From Octopus sinensis (taxonomy: Eukaryota), in assembly GCF_006345805.1 (NCBI RefSeq), contig NC_043003.1, positions 108,438,001 to 108,502,000 of the forward strand: a stretch of 64,000 nucleotides of DNA. The letters run 5' to 3'. Below, in pieces: positions 51,975 through 64,000 of the stretch. Under the pieces are notes generated by a model. That model was not told the DNA's origin. It saw only the letters and a program-made list of their open reading frames with translations, and ran no database searches. A program made the position numbers and the translations under genes. The number at the start of each line of letters is the position of its first letter. Positions within the stretch are counted from its first letter, which is position 1.

Positions 51975-52795
51975 GACTGTTACCTTACTTATCGACCCTG
52001 AAAGAATGAAAGACAAAGTTGAAAGTCCACAGAGCCAAAAGAAATATTGGTTTAGAATTTTGGCACAAGGCCAGCAATTTCGGAAAAGGAGATAAGTTGA
52101 TTACATTGGCTCCAGTACTCAAATGGTACTTATTTTTATCGACCTGGAAAGGATGAAAGGCAAAGTCGACCCCGGTGGAATGTGATCTCAGAACGTAACG
52201 ACGGACGAAATGCCGCTAAGCACATTGTCGGGCGTACTAACGATTCTGCCAGCTCAAGCCAGAACAAATATAGATTTCAAATTTTGACACACGGTCAACA
52301 ACTTCGAGGAAAGGGTAAGTTGATTATATCGACCCCTCCACCTAACCCCGGACTCAATTGGTACTTATTTTATCGACCCCCGAAAGGATGAAAGGTAAAG
52401 TCGACCTGGGTACAAATTTGAACTCAAAACGTAAAGGCAGACGAAATGCCGCTTAGCATTTTACAAGGCGTGCTTAGGATTCTGCTCGCACGCCGCCTTA
52501 ACCAGAATAAATGGTGCAAGTCATTATTATCCGACTCTCTTCAATTCATAGCCGAACAACACTTATAATACATGATAATATAATCCTGTCTACTAAAAGT
52601 AGAAGACCTGAAATTTGGGGGGAAGGGCAGTAAGTCGATTATATAGACCCCAGTCGTCAAATGCTTATTTCATCAAACCTGAAAGAATGGGAAGCAAAGC
52701 CGACCACGGTGGAATTCAGAACGTAAAGCCGAAAAAAAACCCGCTAAGCATTTTGTTCGGCTTCCCAACAATTCTGCCAGGTCACTGCCTTTATA
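51975..52795 (-). mobile_element. Head-to-tail cluster of about 4 family-C SINE copies
   Basis: GAAAGGATGAAAGG(C/T)AAAGTCGACC-like cores recur at about 52000, 52150, 52385 and 52680, all in the same orientation. Confidence 0.85.
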
Positions 52796-52824
52796 ATACT
52801 ATAAAAGTATTATAATTATATAAT

Positions 52825-53226
52825 GGATCTTTTCGGTTTGAACGGCAGTTTTTTTTAGCGGTGTCATATGAAATTGTCACCCATAATTATGACCCTAGTA
52901 TCGATCTATTGCATTTCAATCTGTTTTAGGGGTGAGGGAAGGGTATTTTTTTTTCTTCACAAATGTAAATAAAGCCAATCTGTTTCTTAAACGAGGGACA
53001 TATTCATATGGCACAGAATGTTTTTACCTCAATAGACGTCGGTGATTGGTTGAAATTGCAGAAATTGAAGAAAAAAACAACAAATATCTTAGAAACTATA
53101 GAATTTTCTCAATAAAGCCAAGAGAAAAAGATGTTTTATAAACACATTCTAGCAGCATACGAAGTTTAAAATCTTTTAGTTACCTAGAAATTATGTTAAA
53201 AACTGCCGTTCAAACCGAAAGGATCC
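52825..53226. mobile_element. Second copy of the GGATC-TIR MITE
   Basis: Near-identical to 25255-25671 over its whole length; only TAAT is shared by the two flanks. Confidence 0.9.
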
Positions 53227-54161
53227 TAATTTCTCGTTGACATGATATATGTACCCAATTCGAATCTTACATGATTCGCTTTTACAAATCGTAAATAATT
53301 TCAACTGGAGCCAAAACTTCACTGAAACGTCATTGAGTGTTGGTTGACTTATCTCCCTTCGAATGGTTTCAGCAGAAATGAACAACACGTGGAACTTACA
53401 TACAAACATATCTACATTCTGAGTCTATTCATATTTGTCTTGAGTTCTTGTTTTAGACAAACAGACAGATAGATAGATAGATAGATACACACATACGTCT
53501 ATGTACTGTAATGTTGAAGTTTTCTTTTGTCCTTTTTTTTTTTTTTCAGTAGGAAAACCATTTTTTTTCAATGAGAGAGGCTACCAGATAGCGCTACCCC
53601 TGCATTTGGACGAATTGTAAGGAAAGGAGTGTCCGTATCTTTCTTTTACAAACGCAAACATCATGTGTGAGTGTGTGCACGTGCATGCATACGTATTATA
53701 TATGTATGCATGCACGTATGTATGTCAGGCCAACAAGTAAGTCTTTTATGTGGTAGCCCGCTGGAAACCTTAGCTAATTCTTCGCCAAAAACAAAGGAAC
53801 ACACACATAAGACAATCGTACGCTTCATTAGTGAAAATCTAATGTCAAACAACTTGCTAAGTATGTCATCTCCGACTCCTAAAACGGAACAAGGTTCCAC
53901 TGTGCTCGAAAATCATTGGAAAACATTTATTATTTGAAGAAATGATTTTTACTTTAAACACGCGAAACTTTTAGCGTACGATGTTGCTGATCAGTGAAGA
54001 ACTGCGATACTCAGAGTAGCAAGTAAGAGTGTTCTCAGGACAACACGAAATAATTACTCTGCTTTGGTATTGACGACTTGCCCCCCCCCCCACTTGCCTG
54101 TAAATTTAAATGCAAAGAAAAATAGACTCAAAATGTAAGAGTGTGTATGTATATATATATA

Positions 54162-54196
<35 letters not shown>

Positions 54197-55101
54197 GTTT
54201 GTGTGTGTATATATATATATATATATATACATACATATATATACATACTTATATATACATATATATTACATACGCACGCGCATATGTATGCTCGACGTGG
54301 TGTTTAGTTTTTAAAGTTGGTGTTTATTTTTGCTAAGTTGATAATGAAAATGCATGTCCACATACAGACAAGCGTGTGTATGACATGGTTGATGTGTATT
54401 ACAGTTGGAGATATAAAAAAAAACATTAAAACTATTAAAAAAGTAAACATGCATGTTTGTTGACAAAAGTAAGTCAGGGTCCCTTTTCAAACGTTCAATG
54501 GTTGAAACATGAGAGCGGCAAAATCCGTTGTAGGTCGCCGTATTCCTACACATAACTGATATTTATAATTGTTACGCCTGTCCCGTCGCAGGAGAATTAG
54601 ACCGGAATATCACCCATCTGTTAATAATTTCAGGTTTTCTTTGGGAAAACTAAAGAAATTGCATTTCTTCGTTTATTAATCTATTTAGAAAATTTTAATC
54701 TGTTCATGCAAAAATAAAATGCTGCCATTTAATAGATATTTACGAAATAAATAATATAATGATAAGTTTAAAATACATTTCTTAAACGAGCCAAGGAGTG
54801 ATTGTCCATGTGGTCACTCGATGTGCTAGAAATGATAGCCAAATTTCAACCATACTACATGCTAGCATCTTAAGAGGGTAAGAAAATGATACATATGATA
54901 ACGTACTCCAGATACATCATCTCTGAAGGAAAACAAAAACGTCAGAAGGTTTATGGAGGAAAATAAAAGGGTCAGCTCCAACCGAATAAAATAACATCTT
55001 TGAAAATACTAGCAAACTGAATACATATGCTTTCTCGTGTGTGTGTCGACATATTTTTATATGTACTATATATACTATTAGACATACCAATATATACATA
55101 C

Positions 55102-55330
55102 GGGTTAGCATTAGGTCACTCCTACACTCTCCCTCCCTCCATCACGTACACAAACAAACTGCTGAAGCTACCGTTTGTCATTCCCTTCTCCTTCTATTAT
55201 TCGCTCGCAACAATGTATCGTTTGTTACTGTTTTCACTATCTTCCTCTCGCAACAAAAAATCCATAACGCCAATCATACACTAAACAGCTCTCAACAATT
55301 CGCTCGGAGTCCTCTCTCTTTCTCTCAGTT
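55102..55330 (-). promoter_or_regulatory. Candidate non-coding first exon/promoter at the edge of a second CpG-rich domain
   Basis: Non-repetitive, CpG-containing, GA-rich on the minus strand, CCAAT at about 55271, and a donor CTAACCC|GTATGT at 55102/55101. Confidence 0.3.
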
Positions 55331-55829
55331 ATAGAGGCTATTTTGCCTTGCGGGTTGCAAAGCAACCCCACTGGTGTTGGTGGCATGAAAATAAGTGCCG
55401 ACTACACTCTGTAAAGTGGTTGGAAATCAAACAAAGGTAATGCAGTGTTGAGGGGTCTCTAGAAATTTTGAGAACCGTACAACTTCTATAGTGCTGGTGC
55501 CATGAAAAAAAGAACGCACCCAGAACATTATGTAGGGCGGATGGCATTAGAATGGGACATCTAGCCATAGAAACCATGCCAAAACTGATACGTTGGAACA
55601 AAATATGTCCCCACTTCCACTCAGTCCGTCGAATCTTGTCAAACCATCGTGGTTGGCTTTTTTAGGAGACATTTGCCCAAAGTGCTGTGCAGTGGAACTG
55701 AACCTGAAACTACATGGTTTCAAACAAACATCTTAACCACACAACTTGCCTATAGCCTCGGCCCGACCAAAGCCTTGTGAGTGGATTTGGTAGACGGAAA
55801 CTGAAAGAAGCCCGTCGTTTATTTGTGTG

Positions 55830-55860
<31 letters not shown>

Positions 55861-56888
55861 TTGTGTGTCTGTGTTTGTCCTCCCCCACCCCAGCATCGCT
55901 TGACAACCAATGGTGATGTGTTTACGTCCCCATAACTTAGTGGTTCGGCAAAAGAGACCGATAGAGTAAGTACTAGGCTTACAAAGAATAAGTCCTGGGA
56001 TTAAATTGCTCGACTAAAGGCAGTGCTCCAGCATGGCCGTAGTCAAATGACTGAAGCAAGTAAAAGAGTATGCTTGTTGCTTGTACAGGGTGTAATTTTA
56101 TATCAGTTCTAGAATAATCTATATTTCTCTGGACGCAAACCACATTACCCAGGTATTTCAATTTTTATTTCGTACACATCACCATATAAGGCATGTAATA
56201 TTTTGATGTGAAAAATCATTCAAAAAGCATTCAATATTTTTCTAGACGTAAACTACTGTGCAGTGTTATGGACTTCTTTACGTGGATATTAACCCTCTAT
56301 GACCCAAGTCTCTGTCTCTAACTTTACCCTCCACCTGGGCACCTGAGCCAAAAATAAATAGCTGCATATACAGCTCAAGAGTAATGATTGCAGGTAAACT
56401 AAAAGACAGAATCTGCTGTCTCTTTTTCTATGTGTGTTGTTTATTACTGCTTTATTGGGAATCCAGCAGAGATGATGTTTAACCGATTCCCACTACAGCA
56501 GGAATTCAGAGTGACAGCATTAAAACACCAGACTCATTACGTTCACAAACATTCATTTACAAATCAAGATCAAAACCATATCACATACTTGGGTCACTTT
56601 GCTATCAATGCAAGATTTCTTTAAATGACGCTAAGTGGTTTCATAAGTGACGTAGTGACTTTATAAAATGCAAATTAGTATTCAGTGATTCAGGTAATTG
56701 TGTAGATTTCTAGCAAAACAGTGTCATGTATACACTTCTACGCTTATAAATTCACAGTTCTCATTAATTCACTAAATCATTATCTGTGGGTTAGAAACCT
56801 TTCTCGTCAATTTGCTATTGATGTGTGTATGCAAAAGCACAAGCAGAAAGAGTATGTTACATTGGAACACATTAGAGAGAATTAAACT

Positions 56889-57335
56889 GAGTGGCTGTGT
56901 GGTAAGAAGCTTGCTTACCAGCCACATGGTTCACGGTTCAGTCCCACTGCGTGGCACCTTGGGCCAGTGTCTTCTACTATAGCCTCAGGCTGACCAAAGC
57001 CTTCTAAGTGGATTTGGTAGATGGAAACTGAACAGAAGCCAGTTGTATATATATTATGGTATTTTTCACCATGCAATGACTAAAATAGTCTAATAAAGGG
57101 GCATATAAGCCCTCAACAGAAAAAAGAAGGCTTTCCTATCCAGTCCTCCCATCACCACTTCACAACCAGTGTTGGTGTGTTTATGTTTCTATAACTTAGC
57201 AGTTCAGCAAAAGAAGCCGATAGAATAAGTACCAAGCTCAAAAAATAAGTACTGCGGTAAATTCATTCAACTAAATTTTAAGGCAGTGCCCCAGGATGGC
57301 TGCAGTGTAATGACTGAAACAAGTAAAAAATAAAA
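56889..57335 (+). mobile_element. tRNA-derived SINE, family B (other copies at about 6862-7100, 12115-12450, 22770-23110, 48170-48510, 55660-56070 and 60125-60868)
   Basis: Shared GGCTGTGTGGTAAGAAGCTTGCTT...GGTTCAGTCCCACTGCGTGGCACCTTGGG...GGATTTGGTAGA...CAGTCAAATGACTGAAACAAG. Confidence 0.85.
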
Positions 57336-57539
57336 GATAAGAGAGGTTAGCCAACTTTGCCTCCTTGCAAAAACTTTTACAAATAGCCCACATCACATGC
57401 ATGAATGAACTCAAGATGTAATGGCACATGTTCACATTTGACAACGACAAGTCCCTTAACCCCTTGGGAGTTATTGGGGTGCTTCAGCCATGCAGCATAT
57501 CTATGGCAAGAAAGCCTGGTGGAACCCATCCCTCTCCAA

Positions 57540-57842
57540 GTTAAACTCATTTCTACAGCTGAGTGGACTACAGCAATGTGAAATGAAGTGTTTTGCTCAA
57601 TAACACAATGGATCGCCCAGTCCAGAGATCGAAACCACAATCTTACAGTCATGAATTCAACACCCTAAACACTAAGTGATGTGCCTCCGCTAGTGGAACT
57701 CATTTTTGCCAGCTGAGTGGATTGGAGCAACATGAAATGAAGTGTTTTGCTCAGGAACACAATGCATCACCCAGTCCAGGAATCGAAACCACAATCTTGT
57801 GATCATGAGTCCAACACCCTAACCATTAAGCCACACACCTCC
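57540..57842 (-). mobile_element. Tandem pair of tRNA-headed SINE fragments
   Basis: Two adjacent units of about 140 bp (CAGCTGAGTGGA...GAAATGAAGTGTTTTGCTCA...ATCGAAACCACAATCTT...CACCCTAA). Related sequences occur at about 17180-17300 and 48800-48900. Confidence 0.8.
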
Positions 57843-58789
57843 ACTGTTCACATTTATAATGTGATTAAGTTAATAGTAATCAGAGTTCTAGAAAAATATA
57901 CTTGCTTAAGGAGCCATGCAGTGGCACTGAACCTGAAAGAATGTGGTTGAGAAATGATCTTCTTAACCACAAAGTCATGCCTGTGCCTAGTTACCATATT
58001 TACATGCGATGTTAAATGGAAGGAAATTCAGGATGAACATAAATCAGAACAAACATGCATTCAGAGACAGATGAATACTTTTTTACTGTCCTTCCTTGAC
58101 TAAAATTTTTATCTTCATATTAATGTAGGATCTTGTAATTCTGTCCTATGTTTCAAGTGTATATGTGCAAGTATATCAAAAAAGAATTCACTGCAGCTAC
58201 AGTTGCTCTGCAACAAAATTGACAAACTGCCAACAAAGTCACTACTTAAGCAGCAGTGAAACTTTTAGAGAATTTTTAGCTTTCCCATTCATGAAAGATG
58301 TCCTGCAGTACAGCAACTACTAGCTTATTTAGATAATGAACAATGATTATTTACTAATGGAACATTTGTCCAGTAGGTGCTTGCTCCTAAAGAGACAATT
58401 GCTCTAGCATTTTTTTAAAACTATGCCAAGATGTATTTGTTGAAACCTTATTGTATCACCAGTTATTATCTTATTACTCATGGAACAACAACAAAAATGA
58501 AAAGAAAGAAAGCAAAGCAGAAGGTTATAGAAATGTAAGATTTGTAAGTGCTTTAGGTAAAGTTTACACTGCTCAGCCAACATGAAGACTTCTTTTAAAT
58601 AATGTTGCATGAAGTTAAAAAGCTTAGATCATATTTATAATGGTCAAGAAATATATTTCAAATATGGAGCACCAGAAGATGATAATCAGTAGAATGCCAT
58701 CGTAAAAGAAGCAGCCATGTACCAGCCCCCAAAAGTGACTAAGAGAATTTTTTTTTAAAATTCTGCTAAAAACAAAAATGGTTAAACAT

Positions 58790-59700
58790 CAAATATACAT
58801 AGTTTCGGGGATAAGTGGAAAGTAAGATGATTGCCAATATTCTACAACATGGATAAGAGTCATGAAGTGTTCTGGATTGCAAATTAATATAACAGTACAA
58901 ATCAGGGCATTATTGATGAGAAGAATGTACCCAGTGATGATAGCAGGATCCTTGCCCTCACTGGTGCCAAGAAGAAAGAAGTATGGAAATGCTCTTACAA
59001 GAGGTTGTTGAACAAGGAAAATGCTTGGGACAGAAAGATATCCCAAATAGACCCAACAGAGATTAGCTGTTGAAATCAAGTGCTATACAGTCAAGGCGGA
59101 TATTAAAGATGTTAGTGGGGAAAAGAGGCAGACCATAAGGCACAATCTCTGAGATGTTAAAATATCCATCAAAATACAACTCATGTTAGACATTCAGGAA
59201 GTACAGGAACAGACGCATTGCCAATGACTGCAGTGATATCATCAAGAAGATACCCAAGGAAGAAAGAATGAACAGAGATATCAAACTGATGGACAAAGTT
59301 GTTGATAGAGACAACATGACTTTGTGGTTAAGGAGATTATCTCTCAACCACATTCTTTCAGGTTTATTTGGTAAATGAAAACTTAAAGAAGCGTGTGTGT
59401 GTGTGTGTGTATACAAGTTTCTTTATAGTCCAACGATAGCTTAGCTGGCCAACAGCTCAGAGTCTCGATCAACAATAGAGAGTGTTACAGTAGAGCTAAT
59501 TTAGAAAGAAAATAAGCTTAGATGAGATGCAGCTCAGGTTTGTGCTGAAAAAGTGTACCAATGAGACTCTTATCTTGGTGAAACAACAATAACATGGGAA
59601 AAGGGTTTGACAAAATACCATGCTCTGTTGTCTGGTAGACAAAAAAAACTGAAAATGACTTGTGAGAGCAGTGCAAAACAAAATAACAAAAGTATGCAGG
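58790..59700 (+). mobile_element. Degenerate fragment of the same RTE family
   Basis: Translates as VFWIAN...KKEVWKCSYKRLLNKENAWD (about 58865-59035) and LDEMQLRFV (about 59520), homologous to the 8659 ORF. Confidence 0.8.
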
Positions 59701-60344
59701 ATGTGTGTGTGTGAGAGAGAGAGTGGGGAAGGATAGATAATTATCATCAGTGTGTAAGCAGGTTCCTTTCTGGGTTTGAACTTGGACTTCTTGCTTTATG
59801 TTTAGTTCTTCATATCACAAAAACAGCTTCTTTCAAATTGAATGATAATGTCATGAAAAGAATCTAACCAATGACACTCAACACATCAAATTCTTTGACT
59901 GACATCAGCAAACATTCTAACGAATGTGAGGCTAGCTTTGAGTAAACTAATCACAGCTTATAAAAAGAATACAAAACATCAAGCAGGGGCTCAAATGGAC
60001 ATGACCAGACAGAAGAGGATGGAAAGAGAAAGAAGAGATGGGGTCATACACTTCGTTAGATGACCGGTCACCTTGGACATTCGGCAATACTCAACAACCA
60101 AACTACAAACTTAAAATTCAACCTCTTTTACTTCTTTCAGTCATTTGACTGTAGCCATGCTGGAGCACCGCCTTTAGTCAAGCGAATCGACCCCAGGACT
60201 TATTCTTTGTAAGCCTAGGACTTATTTTATCATCTCTGTTGCTGAACCGCTAAGTTACGGGTATGTAAACACAGCAGCATCAGTTGTCAAGCGATGTTGG
60301 GAGGACAAACACACACACACACATATATATATTAGTTAAGACAA

Positions 60345-60655
60345 CCGTGCCGGTGACACGTAAAAAGCACTGTCTGAATGTGGCAGATACTAGCGCCGCC
60401 TGACTGGTGTCTGTGTTGGTGACACGTAAAAGCACCAGCAGATCGTGGCCATTTGCCAGCCTGCTCTGGCCCCTGTGCCAGTGGCATGTAAAAAACACCC
60501 ACTACACTCACGGAGTGGTTGGCGTTAGGAAGAGCATCCAGCTGTAGAAACACTACCAAATCAGACTAGAGCCTGGTGCAGCCTCCATGGCTTACCAGAC
60601 CCCGGTCGAACCGTCAAACCCATGCTAGCATGGAAAACGGACGTTAAATGATGAT

Positions 60656-60657
<2 letters not shown>
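60345..60657 (+). mobile_element. Short element sharing the RTE LINE 3' UTR, family D (other copies at about 8345-8650, 24012-24340, 39190-39410 and 40497-40745)
   Basis: CACTACACTCACGGAGTGGTTGGCGTTAGGAAG.GCATCCAGCTGTAGAAAC...CATGCTAGCATGGAAAACGGACGTTAAATGATGATGAT closely matches LINE positions 11060-11222. Confidence 0.85.
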
Positions 60658-60693
<36 letters not shown>

Positions 60694-62082
60694 TACATAA
60701 ATACGATGGGCTTCTTTCAGTTTCCATCTACCAAATCCATTCACAAGGCTTTGGTCGGCCTGAGGCTATAGTAGAAGACACTTGCCCAAGGTGCCATGCA
60801 GTGGGACTGAACCCGGAACCATGTGGTTGGTAAGCAAGCTACTTACCACACAGCCACTCCTACGCCTGTAAACCATGCATTTACTCACTAAACTTCTTTC
60901 TGTATCTCTTTTTCACCCACACACTATCACACATGCTGCCCAATAAAATTACTAGGATGAGCTCAACGTGCTCTTACAGGACATTGTTAATCTCATTTTT
61001 CCAGTCTTGGAACTGTTTTGTTCTATTTTCAACCATTAACAATAAAAATAGATGATGAATTAAAAATGACAGAGGTCACTTATTTTTCTCTGGAGCCTTT
61101 CATCATTGACAAAGTAGTAATCTACCTGTTAATAGTGAGGCCTAATTAACAAGGGACTGCGTCATATCCGATACATCCTCCTCTCCTATCATTACTAGCC
61201 ACTCATAAGCCAAGTCACATATTACACTGTGTAGCAATCTTTTTTTTTTCCTTTCTTTTTTTTTTTGTCAGTAAGTGTTATTTCCTATTTGCTTCTTTTT
61301 AGAAATCAAAAGAAATGACTACTATTCCCTTCAAACTTTGCTTTTGTGGTTTGAAACTGACCTATTTCCCATTACATTTCAGACAGATTCAGTCCTGAGT
61401 TGCTGAAGCAGAAATATTGTTATAGCAAATATTCTGCTCAATACCACAGATCTGCTTGTCAGTTGCTTGACCTGAACCACTTGAGCATGTCATTTAGCAG
61501 TTAACACTATGTGCAACTCTGATCATGAGCAGGAGTAGAGTAGTAGGGGAGCATCATAGCTATGTGTTGAGAGGAATTTGGAGGGGTTTGAGTTAAATGT
61601 TACAAAAGCAAAGTCTGAAGGAAATATTAACCCTTTTTCCTACTTTCTAGGGGTCAGCAAATGGGAAATAACAGTTGCTCCCCAAGGACAAAAGTCGTGT
61701 TACACAGTATTGACATCCATCACACTCTAACTGCTACCATTTTCACAAATATTTGTCCCTCACTCTCACCCAGGACCCCCTTTCTGCTTGTCATTACAAC
61801 ATACTATTACTGTTCTATCCATTAGCTCCATTTAGTAATTACTCTCTCCTTTTATGCTCCGACTTCTTTCCTCTCTTTCACTCTCATTCATCTTCTGCAA
61901 TTGCAGCTTTCCTCTACATCCTTTAGTACACAGTACTGGCGCCACAATAAAGTACACACAGTCTGCTCTGTAAAGTGTTTGAAGAATAAATGTAATAGAT
62001 GTACTTAAGAGACCTACATGGCTGGTCTTTTCAAGGACATGACAATCCCTCTAGAGGTGCCACAATGGTATGCACTCCTGCG

Positions 62083-62310
62083 GTGAGCTGGCAGAATCGT
62101 TAGCATGCCGGGCGAAATGCATAGCCGTATTTCGTCTGCCGTTACATTCTGAGTTCAAATTCCGCCAAGGTCGACTTTGCCTTTCATCCTTTCGGGGTCG
62201 ATAAATTAAGTACCAGTTATGCACTGGGGTCAATGTAATCAACTTAATCCGTTTGTCTGTCCTTGTTTGTCCCTTCTGTGTTTAGCCCCTTATGGGTAGT
62301 AAAGAAATAG
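62083..62310 (+). mobile_element. SINE family C (other copies at about 11285-11497, 21130-21470, 21720-22090 and 50620-50720)
   Basis: Shared GAGCTGGCAGAATCGTTAGC...GAGTTCAAATTCCGCC.AGGTCGACTTTGCCTTTCATCCTTTCGGGGTCGATAAA. Confidence 0.85.
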
Positions 62311-62874
62311 GTATGCACTCCTGCACACACAGTAAAATAGTTGGTATATAGAAGGGGATCCAGCTATAAAAGAACCACATCCCAAAATTTAACCATTTAA
62401 ATTAGACATGATCCTCTAACAAGTCAAGGGGGACAACAACTCTGAATAAGAAATGAGTCGGACTGTGATGATCCATCTAACCAATGTCAACATGGAAACT
62501 ACAGATGTAAACAAGGATGATTATGATGAGAATGACAATGATCTACATATCCTATACATATAATAAAATGCAATGTGTCCTGTTGGTCAAGCTAGACGAA
62601 AAGAAGAGTAAAGCAATGAATGGAGTAGGAGTGACGGTTAGAGGTGACAGAGCAGGCGGACAGGGTTCAAAGGTTCTGCTCAAAAGTCACCAGATTTTTT
62701 ATCAAAATAAAACTGCAAATTTTTATTGTAAATTGGATGTAGTTTATGAGTTTCAAACACATGCACACACACACACATATATATATATGAAATTAAATAT
62801 AAAACACTTTTGTTTACAAAATGTTATCATTCACATAACATAACCGATACATAAATGTTATGTGAATGATAATA

Positions 62875-64000
62875 CTAGGGGCGTTCAATAAGTAATGCCC
62901 CTGACCCACTTCCCATAGCAGTAGAGCAACGAAACTTGGCACAGTTATTAGTCTTTTTCTACATAGGAACCACCCAGAGTTACGCATTTCTCCCATCGTT
63001 TGATGCGGCTCTGGAGACCGTTTTTGTAGAAGAACCCAGCTTGGTCCTCCAACCTCAACGTGACTTCAGAAATCAAGGCTGCATCATCTGGAAAACGCTT
63101 TCCTTTCAAAAACAACTTCATGATTGGGAAGAGGTGAAAATCACAGAGGGTGGAAGGTCAGGAAAGTAGGGGGGTGGGGAGGAGTTCATAGCCATACGCC
63201 TGTGCTTCTGATCTGGCGACACGCGAGTTGTGGACCGGAGCGTTGTCTGCAGGAGGAGGATGCCTTTACTGATCTTGCCCCTCTTGATTTTGATAGCTTC
63301 TCTTAATTTCCTCAAAAGTGAAGTATAATAGGCTCCTGTAATTGTGGCACCCTTTGCCAGGAAATCTGTCATCACTACTCCGTCCTGGTCCCAGAAGACT
63401 GTGAGCATGACCTTGCCAGCGGAGGGCTGCACCTTGCCTTCTTTGGAGGGGTGAGTCACGGTGCTTCCACTGCATTGACTGGGCTTTGGTCTCTGGATCA
63501 TCGTGATGGACCCAGGTTTCATCCTGTTTAATCAGTCTTTTGAAAAATTTGACTCGTCTTCTTGGCACATCTCCAAATTCACCCTCGAGCACTCGGCGCG
63601 TTCTTGCTTCTGGAAAGGCGTGAGCAACCTGGGAATCCATCTGGCAGACACCTTTTGCATATGCAAATGGTCATGAATGATAGTTTCCACAGACCCGGTA
63701 CTAATCTTGACCTCATGGGCTATTTGGCGAATAATTATGCGTCGATCTTCCAAAATGGCAGCCTCAACTTGACGGACAGATGCCTCTTCAATGGCAGAAG
63801 GGGGCGACCAGATCTGGAGCTTTTCCACAGAGTTCCGACCATGTTTGAATTCACGATGCCAGCGTTTTACAAGGTCATATGATGGGGCATCATCACCAAA
63901 GTTACTTTCATTCATCATCAAAAGTCTCCCGTGGTGTGCGTCCTTTCAAATACAAAAACCGGATCACTGCTCGACAGTCAACAGGCTCCATTTCACACTT
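62875..64000 (-). mobile_element. Tc1/mariner transposon (mariner family); other end lies outside the window
   Basis: TA at 62873-62874 is followed by the TIR CTAGGGGCGTTCAATAAGTAATGCC. Transposase motifs WIPRLLT, DETWVHH, AGKVMLTVFWD and PDLPPSDFHLF are present. Confidence 0.95.
62948..63991 (-). pseudogene. Frameshifted mariner DD34D transposase
   Basis: ATG at 63991 (MEPVDCRAVIRFLYLKG...) to TAA at 62948 (...YVEKD*), split over several frames (track ORFs 63532-63921, 63266-63640, 63118-63522). Confidence 0.9.

Overview
AT-rich, microsatellite-dense animal genomic DNA, most likely an octopus/coleoid cephalopod (inferred from composition and repeat families as I recall them; no search was run). 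One host protein-coding gene is well supported, on the minus strand. It has a start-codon exon at 12561-12743 and a giant coding exon from 6747 to beyond position 1 (at least 2249 codons, missing from the supplied ORF track because no stop falls in the window). The protein is large, low-complexity and probably nuclear, with three dispersed C2HC zinc fingers, a 10-aa tandem repeat, basic NLS-like clusters and His/Ser/Asn/Cys-rich tracts. The rest is intron or intergenic sequence full of mobile DNA: RTE-type LINE copies whose RT carries an embedded PHD finger, ancient RTE, CR1/L2-like and CRE-like fragments, a decayed mariner, a Helitron holding a piggyBac fragment, several MITE families, palindromic elements and at least four SINE-like families. 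The most unusual structures are a tRNA-headed short element with a Penelope-type hammerhead motif and an inverted head duplication (29.4-29.8 kb), the PHD-in-RT LINE family, and alternating CpG-poor and CpG-rich domains. No true tRNA, rRNA or CRISPR array is supported. Repeat boundaries are approximate unless termini are quoted.
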